This document shows positions 47,251-61,254 of a DNA stretch of 64,000 nucleotides, piece by piece (the first letter of the stretch is position 1; every line of letters starts with the position of its first letter). Below the pieces are notes generated by a model. It saw only the letters and a program-made list of their open reading frames with translations. It was not told the DNA's origin and did not search any database. Source of the stretch: Catajapyx aquilonaris (taxonomy: Eukaryota); contig JYFJ02001517.1 in NCBI GenBank assembly GCA_000934665.2, forward strand, positions 1 through 64,000, in the 5' to 3' direction. The translations under genes were made by a program, and so were the position numbers.

Positions 47251-50200
47251 TTAATCTTCTTTGCTGGGGCAGCTGTAAACCAATGCAGCTGCCAATCCAT
47301 CATCTGAAATGAATTTATCAATCATTTCCGCAATACAGTGGTAAACAAATAAGCAATTTTGGTGGCATGCTACTTACAATCCCAGTCGTCATTCATCATC
47401 AACCGATGCAGTATGGACGCTATACGTTTGTGGCTCCTGGAATAACTATCTTCCATGTCACAAAGGATGAAGGTAGATATTGTCCCATTTTGCCACATGG
47501 TAGAAAATGTCAGTGACAACTGCAACACCTGTTTTAAACACATAACACTAAGTCATGAGCTGTTCATAATATTGGTGAAGAAGTGTACTCACATCATCCA
47601 AAGCAGCCAGTACCTCAGGAAACATGTCAAAGCAACCTCTACAAATGATTTGCAAGAATGTCTTGTGTGCTGAAATTGAAAACATGTGATTATCTTATGG
47701 TTAGTAAAATAATGTAATGACAGACTCACCTTTAATCATTGCATCAAAGTTGTGCACTTGTGCCAGCCTTGCATGCAGCTTCAGAATAGCTTCTGGTATG
47801 ACTTTCCCTAGGCAGTGTGCCTGAACACTGCCCAGAAAGTGCAAAAACCATGACCTCAGAAGATGGCAACGGTGCTTTAGGTGTTCTTCAGAGAGTTCTT
47901 CACAAAGTTTCTGCGGATGCACCCAGCTTGTCACTGTGTAGGCATCTCCTTGCTGTACCATCAAGTCTGCGCAGGAAGAAATGGATGTAGAATAAGTTCT
48001 CATCAATTTTAAAAAAAGGGCCCAATACCACATTGCATTCATCAAAATAATGTGTGAAATACAGTAAAACTTCAATCTATCATTCCCAGATGTACAATTT
48101 CCCCAGATGCACCGTTCAATTTCTCTGGGGTCCTGTAATAAAGTCTATTTAAACAATGGAAAATAAACCCACATCTGTAATTCCTCAATTTATTGTTTTC
48201 CTTCATCTATCGGTAGAATTCTGAACCCTGAGAACGTGAACCCCAGAATTGCCTTTTTAAAGAGAACAAAGCCACACACACACAGGGTTAGGTTGCATCA
48301 GTAGTAATAATAACAGCAGTTAATTTTGTTTGAACTGGTGTAGTAAGTATGAGGTTACAGACTGGTGTCACCACTTGATGTACACAAAATATGGCACATT
48401 TTCCTTGTTATTAATTCCCATATCCAACAATTTTAACAAGAATAACAATGATAAATGCAGTGTTTTTGATACACTGAGTGGTGCATGCAGGCCAAAGTAC
48501 TGGAATGGAGTGAGTCCATTAGGTTTCACTGCAACATGAAGAGAGCCACTCTAATCTCCCTCACCCTCAAAAAAAAATTTACATTGCAATTTTCCTCTTT
48601 CTCTGGTCCTCAAGTTTGTAAATTAGAGTGGACCTGGCCTCTATGAGAGAACAATATATACTGTTATTGTACAGAAAGAATTGGCACAAACCACTTATAA
48701 CTGAGGTTGGAATGACCAGTATCAGGATTCAAACACAGGACCTTCTAAGTGACAGCCAGACGCCTATCCCTTCCACTAAACTGCTTTAGTGTTGAGTAGT
48801 GATGTAACATGCAACATACCTTTGAAGTTCAGCTTTTCCAAGTTACATATAACATAGTGAATTTTCATAACAATGCGGAATATGAAGTTGTATGTTGCTA
48901 TATTGCTTTTAGTGATCAATTGTGTTAATGGCCAAGGCACCTGAAACATATAAGATAGGATTTACTTCTCCAAATGTTATGAAACAACATTATTAAGGTA
49001 CTTACCCTATAAGATATGTTCAAAAATTCTAACTGCTTAAAAGAGTCATTGAGGGTTAGATATTCAGTGATATCTATGCAAAAACGAGGAGTGAAGTCAC
49101 CACAGCGTGTTGATATGCTGTGTTCCAAAAGTGATGACAAGGAGAGATTGTGACGCCACTCATCCCCACTTGCTATCTGTAAAAATTCATTTTACATCTC
49201 ATTAAAATATATTCATAGGTTCTTAATAGACTTTTTACCATCTCAGACAAGTGTGTACAGAATTGGTGCATGGCATCACCAGCTTGGAAAAAGTACACGT
49301 TCCAGATCATATCCAAGTGCTCATGCATGTGGAACTTTTTCTTCAGTTGCTCTTCTAGCTTGAGACTGGTAGCAACGTGCATGTCTTTGACCCGCTCATT
49401 AAATGCTGTCTCTATTCGCCTCCATAGAGGATGTGCTACATCTGATGGGCTACTGATATAACCAAAGCACAAATTCACTTGTTGGCTATGATGCAGTTAC
49501 CATAAACAACATACTACTGTATTAGATGAATTACAATTAAAAATTGACAAGGAGTTTTTAAAAAATTACAGTAATAGCCAACCAATCACAGCGGTTACCA
49601 TTACTGCCTAATAACAAGTTAAAATATCTTCTTGAGAATCTCCATCAATGAGTGTTACTCTGCCCAAGTTGACAGTCCCAGCAGTGGGATGGGCAATAAT
49701 TGATGGATTCATCCATGCTGGGTCTTGCAAACAAAGTTGACATAAAAAAAAAACTGGTTTAACTTACCATGTAACAACTTCTGCATTCTTTTCTTCCTCT
49801 TGTTTGGGCCTAATGAAGGTCATGTATTCAGAAATGAGGTGAGGATCATTGATGTAGTTGATGTGCTTCATTAGGATATCACCATCAACAGGTTTTGGCA
49901 GGTCACAAGCTGGTTTCTTACTTGGTGTCACAACCAGTTCTGGGAAGTCTTTCAATATGTCACGGTGCAGTGACGAGTCTAGAGGAAAGTAAAACAAGTA
50001 CCGGTACAGTAATATATGCGGCTCCCTCAAAATCCGACACTTAAAAAATTATATACCTGGATTAATTCCCCATCGTGTCCCCTCCAGCTGTAACAACAAT
50101 TCATTGCTCTTCCCACATTCAATAACATAAGGCAGCAACTTTCTCAGAAATGTAGGAGGATATAATCCTTCTGATTCTAGTTGCTCTTGATACAGCCTGG

Positions 50201-53200
50201 TCTGGTAGCTGCTCTCCCAAAAGTCAACATCTTTCACTTTCACTTTGGGATTCCTTATGAGATACATGACAGAGAGTATTAATTTTTGATTGGCCATCCA
50301 TGTACTTCATAAGTTATTGAATATTCAATAGGGTACAAAACTTTTAAACATATGAGCAAACCAGATGCCTCCTTGATGTGAGAAGTGTTTCTATTTCAAT
50401 TTTTAGTCAATCCTAGTAAGCATAAAATAATAACATGTCCATTTACAGAAAAATGTACTGTATCCTATGAATACATGTACTTTATTCCTCAATACACAAA
50501 CAAACAAACTACATACAGTGAAACAGTCTATCATTTTTGTCGGGACCCCTGAAAAAAACCAACGGATATGGGAAAGGAAGCCTATCTTAGAATTGGTTTC
50601 GGGACCCTAGGAATTGAACGATGGATCCAGGAAAACGATACATCCAGGAACAACAGATTAAGGTTTCACGGTAGGTATAAAGAAGAAGAAGAAGAAGAAG
50701 AAGAAGAAGAAAAGACAGGCAGGCAGAACAACAGGATGTAAGAAGAAAATAAATAAATGACAGACCTGTGGATCCTGATTGAAAGAATCCCTAAAGGGTA
50801 TAACACTTGTAAAAATTATTAGGCTCACCTGACTAAGAGAAATTCATCCCTAAAGTCCTCCACATGCCCATTGTTCAGAATCACATCCATTATGTGAACA
50901 TAAGGTTGTACACTCTGCAGAAAGGCTTGAAGGAAAAATTTGCCCTCAGGTAGGAAGTAGCATTCCATGACTGCTACGTGAAGTACACTTAGTAACCTAA
51001 GAGATGATTTCAGTTATTGTCCTTTACAGTCACTATTACAATGTACAGTACAGTACAAAATTCAAGTTTGAATAATGATCACAACATTCTGATACTTGAT
51101 TCAGTCTTCCAATGAAAATTTATCTTACCAAATTGAATGAAATGAATACATGTATGCAATAACCAAGTCTGACTTCTCTGACTTTTGTAGAATCTGGTTA
51201 ATTTAAATTCATGATCCTTTACCTTACTATTATCAAGAGTTTGTAATGATGCTAATGTCTATCACCTAGGTTCAGGATCCCAGAAATCCCAGATGTAATC
51301 TAGAGAGGGAACAAAGCTCATCTCCTGACTATATCAATTTTATTCCGGCCTGGTTACTGCATTCAAAAATTAAATCGCGCAAGAAAATCAAGGTAATTAA
51401 AACAGGTATACTCACCTCATTGCACAAAGGCAGTAAGGATTTTTGGTCCAGTCTAAGACAGCCCTCATATGTACAGAGTGAATAGTCTTAATCTGATTTA
51501 ACATTGGTTCCAATTGGTGGGATATCATAATGAGTGTCATGGTCTTGTCTGAAATAGAGTTGAAGACCCCCTTAATGAATATACCAAGCACAAAAGTGTA
51601 GCAACTAAATAATTCCCCAAAAGCTTGTGACATCTACATTTGACATATATTTTGCAGCACCCACCATAATATTGGTCACTTTACAATACTGTAGTCAGTG
51701 TAGTGCCTGTTGGATAGGAGCTGCAGAGTCAGAAATCATGCTTCACACCATTTCCAGCCCCATCTCTGTGACTACATCTGCTCTGCCAAACCCACTGTGC
51801 CATATGCTTAACATAACATAACCACCTTAACCACCTGTATTCCTACATGGATAAGACTTTATAAAAAATAATGGGCTAACAAGTTATAATGCTCTCATTA
51901 TGTTTGTTTCATTTAACAAGAACACTTTTGCACAATGGTACCACACACGCAGTATTTGCTAAATGACTTGTGAAGTGGGAACTTGGCAACCTATTACTGC
52001 ATCAAGATAATAAAAAATAGGAACATTTCCTACCTTTTTCCAACCAACACCCATCAATTGTACTAACCTTGCTGCCTGACCTCATTTTCAAGTTCTGATA
52101 ATTTAGTATTCCACTGTTGAAAGAACTGATTCAGTGACCCACAGTACGCCTCGTAAGTGGAAGGAGGCAACTTATCTTCAGAGGAAGTAACAGATTCCAC
52201 AAAATCCTTCAGAGTTTTGAGACGAGTAAAATGCTTGCAATACTCTGACATGTAGCTCTGGAAACACTTCTGCAAGAAAATGACAATTTTGTCATTGCAT
52301 CACTGACTGTTGTATTTTCTACAATATATACAATATATATACACGACTATATTATATTGCTTATACTCAGATTCCTGATTGGATTCCTGACCCCAGTGAC
52401 CTGTCACCCCCACCACATCCACAATAGCATTGCTATGACTATTGCTGATAGTTGCAACTTGCTTGCCCAGGTTGCACTTTGGCTCATGTCAAGTATATGG
52501 GACATTCGCCGAATCAATTAGGAAACAGTACCTGCGGCTTGACCCTTTCATTCGTTGTTTTGCTTCTGGGTTTGAAGTCGGGGAAGTGACCAGGGACCGT
52601 GGAATTAATTCCACAAGCTTGACCAGAATACAGATGGGATCATTGTCATCTCTCACGTCTAATCGCAAGTTGCTAGGTTACGAACAAACATTCCAGCTCA
52701 AGAACGCGTTAGGCAACAATGAAAATCTGGAAAGTTTATTGTTTATCCGCATCTAGTGACGCGGCGGGGTTGGGAGCACTGGGAAGGAGGTGGCAAATTT
52801 AAATGCTATGATGGTTGCTGCAGAATGACATGATGTCACACCAGCCGTGTTTTCTGAGCATGTGCAGTAGTATGTCTGCAGAGTGAGTCGTGGACATGAA
52901 TGAAGGGGAGAGTAGGGTGGAGGTGGGCGGATCATGACGTCGCATGTCATTAGTTGGTTTAACAGACTGTGTGGAGGTCAATTTCGCACTTGACTTCAGC
53001 CACAGTAACGTTCGTTGGCCTGCGGCGCACAATGAGGACCGCATTGTAGGCATATACAAACCCACAATAAGCCCCCAGCTCTGCTTTCGCTCTGCAAAAA
53101 CTAAAAATATCACGCACGGGCGACGTACTGTGCCTGGCAGGGCCACAACAATGGACAATACTGTTGCGGTTACAAAAAGCCATACAGCATCACCAAGACA

Positions 53201-56200
53201 AAGGGCTATTCCATGCTATAATCACCTCAAAATCTGTACCAATCTGTGCGTACTGGTGACGTTCGAAATTTGTAGCCTAAGATTGTAAACAACGGAATTG
53301 AGAAGGGGTTATTCGTAACCTAGCAACTTACGATTCGACATGAGAGATGACAATGATCCCATCTGTATTCTGGTAAAGCTTGAGGAATTAATTCCGGGGT
53401 CCCTGGTCACTTCCCCGACTTCAAACCCAGAAGCAAAACAACGAATGATAGGGTCGGCAAGGTGCAGGTACTGTTTCCTAATTGATTCGGCGAATGAAAC
53501 TATTTCTAGTGTGCAGAAATGTTTGGTTCAAGAGTAGTTGAATTTTGAAATTGCATGTAATAACAATGAATAAATGAAAATAAACAAGTGTTCCTTTGTT
53601 GAAACAGTTTACTCCCATTGTTGAGTGATGGCATCTGCATGGTAATTTTACAGGTAATTTTGGGGTTGTGGCGGTGTAGAAGTGGGTGTTGCGTGATGTG
53701 GGTGTGGCAAAGCCACAATAACGTTCGTTGGTCTGCAGCACCACAAAACGGACAGTAAATGTTGCGGATACAAAACTCATGGGCGACGTCACCGTGTCTG
53801 GCAGGGCCACAAGATGGTCAGTACTGGTGCGGTCACTCCTACGCCTCACAGATAACACCAACACAATCAACATGGGGCATGCCTTGCATAATGAAAAAAA
53901 AAGCTTAGGATACATTTACTGCAACACTTGTTGGCGCGCAAGAGGCCTCGAGCAGCTGGAGACACCATCCTCCCTCCTTACTTCTGGGAAGGCTTTCTCC
54001 AAGGGGTTAACCCCTTCAGTACTCCGGTGTACACCTGCAGTGGTACTCACAGATACTCCTTGGTACTCCTTAAATTCTCTTGGTACTCCAGTGTACACTT
54101 GACAGTCGAGTGGTTAACCCCTTGCTTGCCCAATTCCAGATATGCACCGATATCCTCGGCCATGAATGCTCCTGAATGATTTTAAATTAATTAAACTCCT
54201 ACACTCTCGTTCTATATCCAACGAACCAAAAAACAACCGTTTATTTACATCATTCAGCATGTTTCACAGCACGTTGTCATGGCAACTCTAACGTTTCCAC
54301 AGAGAATCACCTCCCGTAACAATGGAAGTGAACAGTTTCATCAAAGGAATACTTGTTTGCTTTCATTTAATTCATTGTTATTACATGCAATTTCAAAATT
54401 CAATTACTCTTGAACCAAGCTTTTCTGCACTCTAGGAATAGTGTCATTCGACTCAGCTCATCACGTAGATCCAGGAAATATACAGAAACCTGCAAGATTT
54501 TTGCGGCACTAAACTGCACCAAAGCCTCTAACAAGTAAGTGTAGGAGACTAACTCAGACTACATGCATTGCTGACACTGACCGTGAGGTACGAAATGTGC
54601 AGGCAGCATATGAGCACATGCAATCTGCCATGCCTTTTACTCAGAGTGTCAACTTGAATTATGAGGGTGCACAGGATGCTCCATTGATCTTGGATCTGAG
54701 CTGACCTTAGAACATCCAGTAAGGTTAACACAAAACTTACAAATTTGTAACATTTATGCACATTGTACGTACTGGACTCAGACTACAAACGGTCATTCCT
54801 TCAACAGGGGCGACACTTCCTCCTCGAATGCTGAACAAGAATGAATTATGAGGTACCATGAACATCCATAGCACTTCCCTGATGACCTGATATTCTCCAA
54901 TGATCTTTGACTTTATAACAGGCTTGCCACTGGATGCTATAGCTTGTTCCACTGTACGTGCAAAGTTAGAAGTAGTGCTTTCTGCTACAGCACTAGTCCG
55001 GAATCCTTCCTGGTTGCCTGACCTCCAGTAAGGAGACTGAATTGCACATTCCAAGTTAGCTTTGCCTTCTCTTTCAGGTTTCCCACTTGGAAGTGGTTCT
55101 GCAATATCATATGCACAAAGATCAGAAAATGCCCTTATTGTTAATAATTTCCAGCCATATTTTGATATACATAATATCAACCTTACTGTATTACCTTGCA
55201 ATCTGTGGCATTCTGTAAAATAACAGGTCAACCAGGGGGCTGGTATAAAGTGAGGTGATTTTCTCCTTCTCTTGAAAATTGCAGATATTCCCAATTTTAC
55301 AAATACTTACAAACATTTAAAATATTTTGTGTGGATTCCAAGGAGAGGCTTAAGAAATCAAGCTATATCACCAGCAAATATTTGCCTCTTATTTTCCTCT
55401 GCAATTGTTCACATACTGGTACTTTATGCTACGCATTTTATGCATTGTAAGCTTCCATCATGAGGTCCTCTAAAACCAAGACCATTACAGCACCAGAATG
55501 TGTTTTTAAAATTAATATTGCCCGATAATGTAGGCTTTAGGGTCATCACCGATATTTTGTTGTAGCTATATATAGGGCTGCCTGTAATTTAGTTGCAAGG
55601 GCAGGAAGAGGGTTGAAAAGTGCAGCGACCACATACTGCAACATTTTGAAGTCAGAATGCCACCATTTTGACTCAGATGATGAAGTGAAGGTAACGGTGC
55701 ATTTTTCATAAAATTTGGCAAGGAATTTACACAGTAAGGTATTCCTGACTGGTGATGATGATGGGGAAGAGGATGTGAAACTATGATATGTTTTCATCAA
55801 TTTCATGGCTCAAAGAAATTACGCACTTTTTGCAGGTAAAATAAAGACAAAATCAACCTCATTATGTACTGCCCAACCCTACCTCATACTGGCATGCTGG
55901 TATAGCCACCAAGTGTGTTTTCTCAATTCTGGCCAACTCCTTTTTAGTGGCATACCTCAGATTGCCGGGTAATACGTAATGAAGAATTTTGGCGAATGGT
56001 ACGTTATCAGGAGTGTGAAAAATACAAACCAACCTGACAACGGTAGGGAATATTTCACAACTGAGTCACACGTCCCACCTCTTTGTTCCTGTATCAGGTC
56101 ATCATGATCACATGCAGCATCTACGTCTTCATCTGACCAATCCTGCAATGTAGAGAAGACTTGTCATGTGTGTCATTCAGTATCTATTTTCAGACTTACC

Positions 56201-57241
56201 GACTCTGAGTTATTGTCTGAGGGAGTCCACACAAAATTGTCCTCTGATAATAACTCCTTCCAATTTATCTCCTCAACCTTCTTATCTCCTTTAGCAGCAA
56301 GTTCAATCCTACAATAGTCCTTCACCCCAACTCTAGTGGGATTATGACACAGGTTGAGCAGCAAGTGAAGCATCCTCCATGCAAGTTCAGTCTGGGTGCT
56401 GTGTTTAAACTCAGGGAGGGATGTGAACTTATTGCTTAGTTCCTGTAGCCTCTCTCCTCTCCGGCTCAAGCCAGTGTTGATGAAGCGAGTAACCATACCC
56501 TTCAATGTCTCCCTCACAGCATGAGAGTTCACATCCAAATAGCGATGAGAAGCAAGCTGATTCGAGGTATACCTCTTCTGCTCCTGGTTACAAGCCTGAA
56601 TTGAGATAACGTTACATTAATAGTAGTGTCACAACTATAAATTCTAATCAATCATTACAATTACACAGATTAATGTGGTGTGGGAAAATTTCTTGTGTTA
56701 AAAAGTGTGGCTCTGGTCATGTCTTTGAGTGGTTTTAGAATATGAATAAATATGCCTCGCTGCATGACTAGGCTGTCAGACACAAAGTCAAATGTGTTGC
56801 ATTTACTTAACATGTAGTGTAATCCAACATCATTGCAATTACAAAGCGATGCTCACATTCATTTAGAAACATTCTCACTCATCCTGCATAATAGCAATTG
56901 CCATACACCCACAGCTTCAGTGCCATGCATGAGTGGCAAAATGTCACTGTGCAGCTTGGGATTTGGTCACTTCACTATTACACACATGCGTATGGCCTTG
57001 GTGCCAAGCCACGGAACAAGTGCATGCATTAACCTGTTGCCTTTTCACACAATCCAATGGTGTAGTTCTTACTGTAATTGCAGCCAAATTAGCACGCCCT
57101 TCCCAACCTTGTGCATCACATGCAATCATTTCTCTTCGCTCCGTGCCATGAAAAAAATAATACCTTAGTTGGGGTGACCAGCCGAATAAGCCTCTCAATA
57201 TCATCCTGCACCCTCGGCGAGCTAACAATGTCGCCGTCCAT
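47251..57241 (-). CDS. TUBGCP5: Gamma-tubulin complex component 5 (GCP5), about 947 aa
   Basis: Exons 57164-57241, 56200-56595, 56034-56142, 54773-55098, 52068-52269, 51416-51548, 50829-50996, 50057-50253, 49768-49978, 49239-49452, 49006-49176, 48820-48940, 47730-47966, 47593-47669, 47378-47528 and 47251-47303 (2844 nt). GCP5-like motifs: HRYLDVNSH, EYQVIREVLWM, DFWESSY, YFFQAGDAMHQF, YRVPWPL. Confidence 0.88.
48700..48790 (-). mobile_element. Degenerate tRNA-derived SINE head
   Basis: The minus strand reads ...ggataggcgtctggctgtcacttagaaggtcctgtGTTTGAATCCtgatactggtc, with a decayed B box. Confidence 0.4.
50516..50671. mobile_element. Tigger/pogo-like MITE with TA TSD, followed by (GAA)n at about 50680-50712
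   Basis: ta|CAGTGAAAC...GGTTTCACGG|ta. Related left ends occur at about 48062 (cagtaaaacttcaatctatcatt) and about 14948. Confidence 0.6.
52503..54450. mobile_element. Composite double-foldback element(s) in a TUBGCP5 intron
   Basis: IR pair 1: 52503-52684 with 53312-53496 (about 180 bp). IR pair 2: 53491-53621 with 54318-54450 (about 130 bp). The spacers share a diverged direct repeat (about 53000-53200 and 53710-53870). Confidence 0.85.
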
Positions 57242-57639
57242 ATTTTAACAAGTCCTCTGAAAATTCTCCCTTCACAAGAGTAGTTGCTGGTAGATCCTGC
57301 TGCCTATGCTGTGAAAAAAAGCTTTTCCGTTACAAGAGTCTCCCTACAACACGAATGGCAATTACCAACCTATTCAGTGCTTGCATGGTACGCTGCTGCA
57401 GGTACACTGACGGGATGGGGGTAGAAGGAGCTGGGAAGTGTGAACTAGAGCTGGAGAAAAGGTCAAACCAGACACAAAACGAGAAGCGCTCGCCGCCATA
57501 TGCAACACGGTTGCCAGATTGGAACATGAAGGATGAGGCAGGGTTACCAGCTCATAATTCAAATGTCGCCCGCGCTCTCCCTATTTATGTTAAGAAACAT
57601 ACACTGCAATTGCACAACTCTAGAGTACATAAAATACAC

Positions 57640-57645
57640 TTTATT
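57640..57645 (-). terminator. Polyadenylation signal of the GMC oxidoreductase gene
   Basis: AATAAA on the minus strand about 110 nt after the stop, followed by gtgtattttatgt. Confidence 0.6.
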
Positions 57646-57753
57646 ACACCCCTGTTGCATATACATCACATGAGAATATGAGCTCATTTCTCCGTGGTTA
57701 AAATGAGAAATGACTAGAGAGGCCTCCCGCGTATTCCAGGCAATTTTGGCAAA

Positions 57754-60700
57754 TTAATTTCCATCACATGGGGGTGAAAGGTCGGCCTTGGTGAACACCT
57801 TCGTTAAGGTATCGGGTGCGCAAGTTTGTTGGCTGACATTCCAGGGGTTCCACGGTGCGGAGGCGGCAGTAGGGAACCTTTCCCACGAGTTCTTTATCAG
57901 ATCTGCAGCCTTCTCTGCAATCATGAGGGTAGTGGCGTGCGTGTTGGCATTCACGAGAACGGGCATGACTGAAGCATCTACCACTCTCAAGCCCTTCAGA
58001 TTGTGTACTCTGAAATAATTACGAACAAATCAATTTCATGTGGGAAAAGTGTCACCTCTCACCCTATACAACAATAGCAAGGTTGTGCAAGAATACCTGA
58101 GTTGCGAGTCAACAACGGATGTCGGGTCGTTTTTTGACCCCATTTTGCAGGTACCAATAGGATGGTAAGTGGTGAAGGTGAAGTGACGGGCCAGGCATTT
58201 CCAGTAGTCGTCGCTGTATAATCTGTGCTGCTTGCATCCTTCTATTGGGTTGTCTGGCATTCGGGCCCCAAAGTCTCGGAACGGTTTGGTGCTGATTATT
58301 TTCTCGCACATGCGAATAGCTAGTGGAAAATGTATGGTTAATATACTGGCGTCTTTCACCTTGCAATATGTGCATACCTTCCAGCATAATTTGTAAATCT
58401 CGCGGATCTGAATAGTAAGCAGGATTGATGACGACAGAGTCTTCCGGATTAGTACTGGCCAGTTTTATCGACCCTTTGCTAAACGGTCTGGCCACAATAG
58501 GAAGAAACACCAACGTCCTGTTATCACTAAATTGTGTGAAATAATTGTGCCATATTTCATCCTGCAAGCCTCCGTAGGATCGTATGACCATTTCGTATTC
58601 CTCCGACATTGATATTCCCAGCATAATGATGTGTATGTCGGGCCATTCTCCGTAGGTGGTATTGGCCAAAGAGGAGTGCAGAAAGGCCATTCCTTTGGCC
58701 ATGGTCACCGTGGTGTAAACTCCTGTCCCTTTGCTGAAGAACTGCCACAAGTCACCAATGGACACGTCACTACTCGGAGCTACACTCACAGATTCGTTGA
58801 GTATCACAGGACCCATGTTCGTGGTTACATGATCTTGCAAGTTTTCTCCAACAGGCAAGTCTGCAACGACTGGGACCTGAAAAGCAGATATTTAAATGAA
58901 GTGATAATACATCGCATACAACATGTAACACGCCCAGAACGATGTGTAACGGTGTCGTATTATGGCGTTTTAAGTGCCGAGGAAAGTGAATTCACTGGCC
59001 ATTCTCAGGCACTCGTAACAGTGGACGCATGGAAAAAGTGATGTAATTATTGTTGCTTTCTTGTTTCATTATGTTAAAACATTCAACAGTGTGCCCTCCC
59101 CCACAATCTAGTATCAGAGTGCATGGGAAAAGCAACACCTTAGAGGTGTTTTATAATATCATGCACTATGTCATTAGTTGGGTGTAGTAACAAATATTCT
59201 CTGCAACGTGAGAATGTGGGCTGCTGCATCTTACACCGAAAATGGCATCCAACTTGCACGGGGCTGCTGTTAATATAATTGAAATAAAGAATTATATAAA
59301 TTATGCTAAGTTATAGGCAATTAGACCTATTTACCTTCGCATAAAACGGGCAAAATGTGAAGGAAAATTCCGTTGTCGTAATAACTTGCAAACAAAACAA
59401 GTTATTACGACAAAAGTGGTCTTACTTTTAAATAACGGGGAATCAATGTCCATTGCCAATATCGCAATCGTGCAGCAGAGACCTTATGAATATACTGCAT
59501 TTTTTATTGGTATGAAATAATGATGTATGACTACCCAACCCAGCCATCAGTTTCTATTAACTTACTTCAACACTTCCAATTCCATCATAAGCAACAAAAA
59601 CGCCCATTGCCTTTAGACTACATAGATTTTCACATAAACCTTTAAAATGATGTATCCTTTCCAAAGGGTTCAGCTCTGATGTAAAGGAACAACTTAAGTT
59701 AAGTGATAACTTAATTTACTAACATTTAATGATTTGAGGTGATCAGCTGGTCCAATCCCCGAGAGCATAAGCAACTGTGCCGTCCCAAGGGTGCCGCTTG
59801 ATACGATAACCTCCTTTGAGGCCTTCAGCCGCAGAGTTTGGCCATACCTCTTCACCACAACTCCATAAGCAGTCATATCCGCCTCGTTAATAAGCAACTG
59901 CCAAAGAGTGGGAAACGTTTGGTGTGAATAAAACATGATGAAAATAGGTGTCAGCCACAGAAAGTGAAAACGACTTACTTTCTGTGCCCTAGCATTAGGC
60001 ATGACGTAGAGGTTGGGCCTGTGCAACACCGGTCTCAAGATGCACTTGTAGGCACCACATCGGACACCCCGTTTCAGATTCATCTGAACACGCGTAAACC
60101 CTGCGGTGCACACAATGATACAAGCAGGTCCACCCATTAGACACGCCAGCATCTCACGCACCAACTTGATGAGAGAAAGTCTCACCTTCTTGAGTTGGTC
60201 CATTGTAATCATCAAGTACAGGAAAGCCCAGTTGCCTCCCAGCATCTAGGAAGTCACTTGAGAGCCTACTCAAAAAATTGGAGTCCACTACTGTCACCGA
60301 GCCATTGGATGAGTGGTACATGTCTCCAGCTGGTGATTGGCAATATTTAGAGCTCTACAGGCCCACATGGCATGACCAAAGACTCCACTTCCCACATGCA
60401 TTTCTAGGTTAAACGCCCCTTGGCAATCAATTACCCCATTGCTTCCTCTCCACTTGAAAGTCTTCAAACTTTTTGAAATATGGCAAGACATCAGCGTAGC
60501 TCCATCCTTCGTTCCCAAGCCTGGCCCAATTGTTGAAGTCCTCCGGGTGTCCCCGGACGTAGAACATGTAATTGATCTCGCTGGATCCTCCCAGGAGCTT
60601 TCCCCTGGGCCACAATGACCTCTGTACAGGACAAATAAATTACTTCAAATGATCGTCCTAAGGGAAGATTTCACATGCCTGGTTTCGAAGTCCGAAACAT

Positions 60701-61158
60701 CCGTTGTCCTGTGGTACTGTTTCGTACGCCCAGTCATAGTTGGTCTTCTGGTACATGAACGCCACTAAGGGTATTTCACCAAAAAAGGGAGGCTTTCCAC
60801 CAGCTTCTATTAATAGTACTTTGTAGTTTGGATTTTCAGACAATCGACTAGCAAGGATGCATCCTGCAGCTCCACCTCCAACTGTAAAAATCAGAGTCAT
60901 TAAAACACCTTCACGACAAATCAGCATAAAGCAATGACACTGCCAATTCGTACTGTTCTTCTAATTGGCTGACACATGTCTACATGTTGTGCTATACAGT
61001 ATCAACATGCTCTTACCAATAATAAAGTCGAAGGTAATCTGGGTAGCATCGGCTTCTAGGAAGTGGGCTAGATATTCCAGTAGATAGTTGGTCCAGTAGA
61101 CTACAGTGAAGGAGATGGGCGTGAGAGTCACCAATAATGGGAAGAGTCCTAGTTTCAT
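57754..61158 (-). CDS. Glucose-methanol-choline (GMC) oxidoreductase, glucose dehydrogenase [FAD]-like, 649 aa
   Basis: Exons 61017-61158, 60679-60881, 60435-60621, 60186-60329, 59979-60100, 59724-59897, 58378-58876, 58097-58319 and 57754-58009 (1950 nt). Motifs: [83 protein letters not shown]. The N-terminus is hydrophobic. Confidence 0.93.
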
Positions 61159-61177
61159 CTTCGTTTATCCCAGGGCT

Positions 61178-61178
<1 letters not shown>

Positions 61179-61253
<75 letters not shown>
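61179..61253. repeat. (TAA)25 microsatellite
   Basis: Uninterrupted taa units from 61179 to 61253, with two short degenerate continuations to about 61278. Confidence 0.95.

Positions 61254-61254
<1 letters not shown>

Noticed and set aside
49598..49723. Extra TUBGCP5 exon (DPAWMNPS...)
   Set aside because: It would need a 44-nt intron and creates a TGA at the junction; 49768 joins 49452 or 49449 directly.
55883..55955. Extra TUBGCP5 exon
   Set aside because: The acceptor is poor and the phases are incompatible; the flanking exons join directly.
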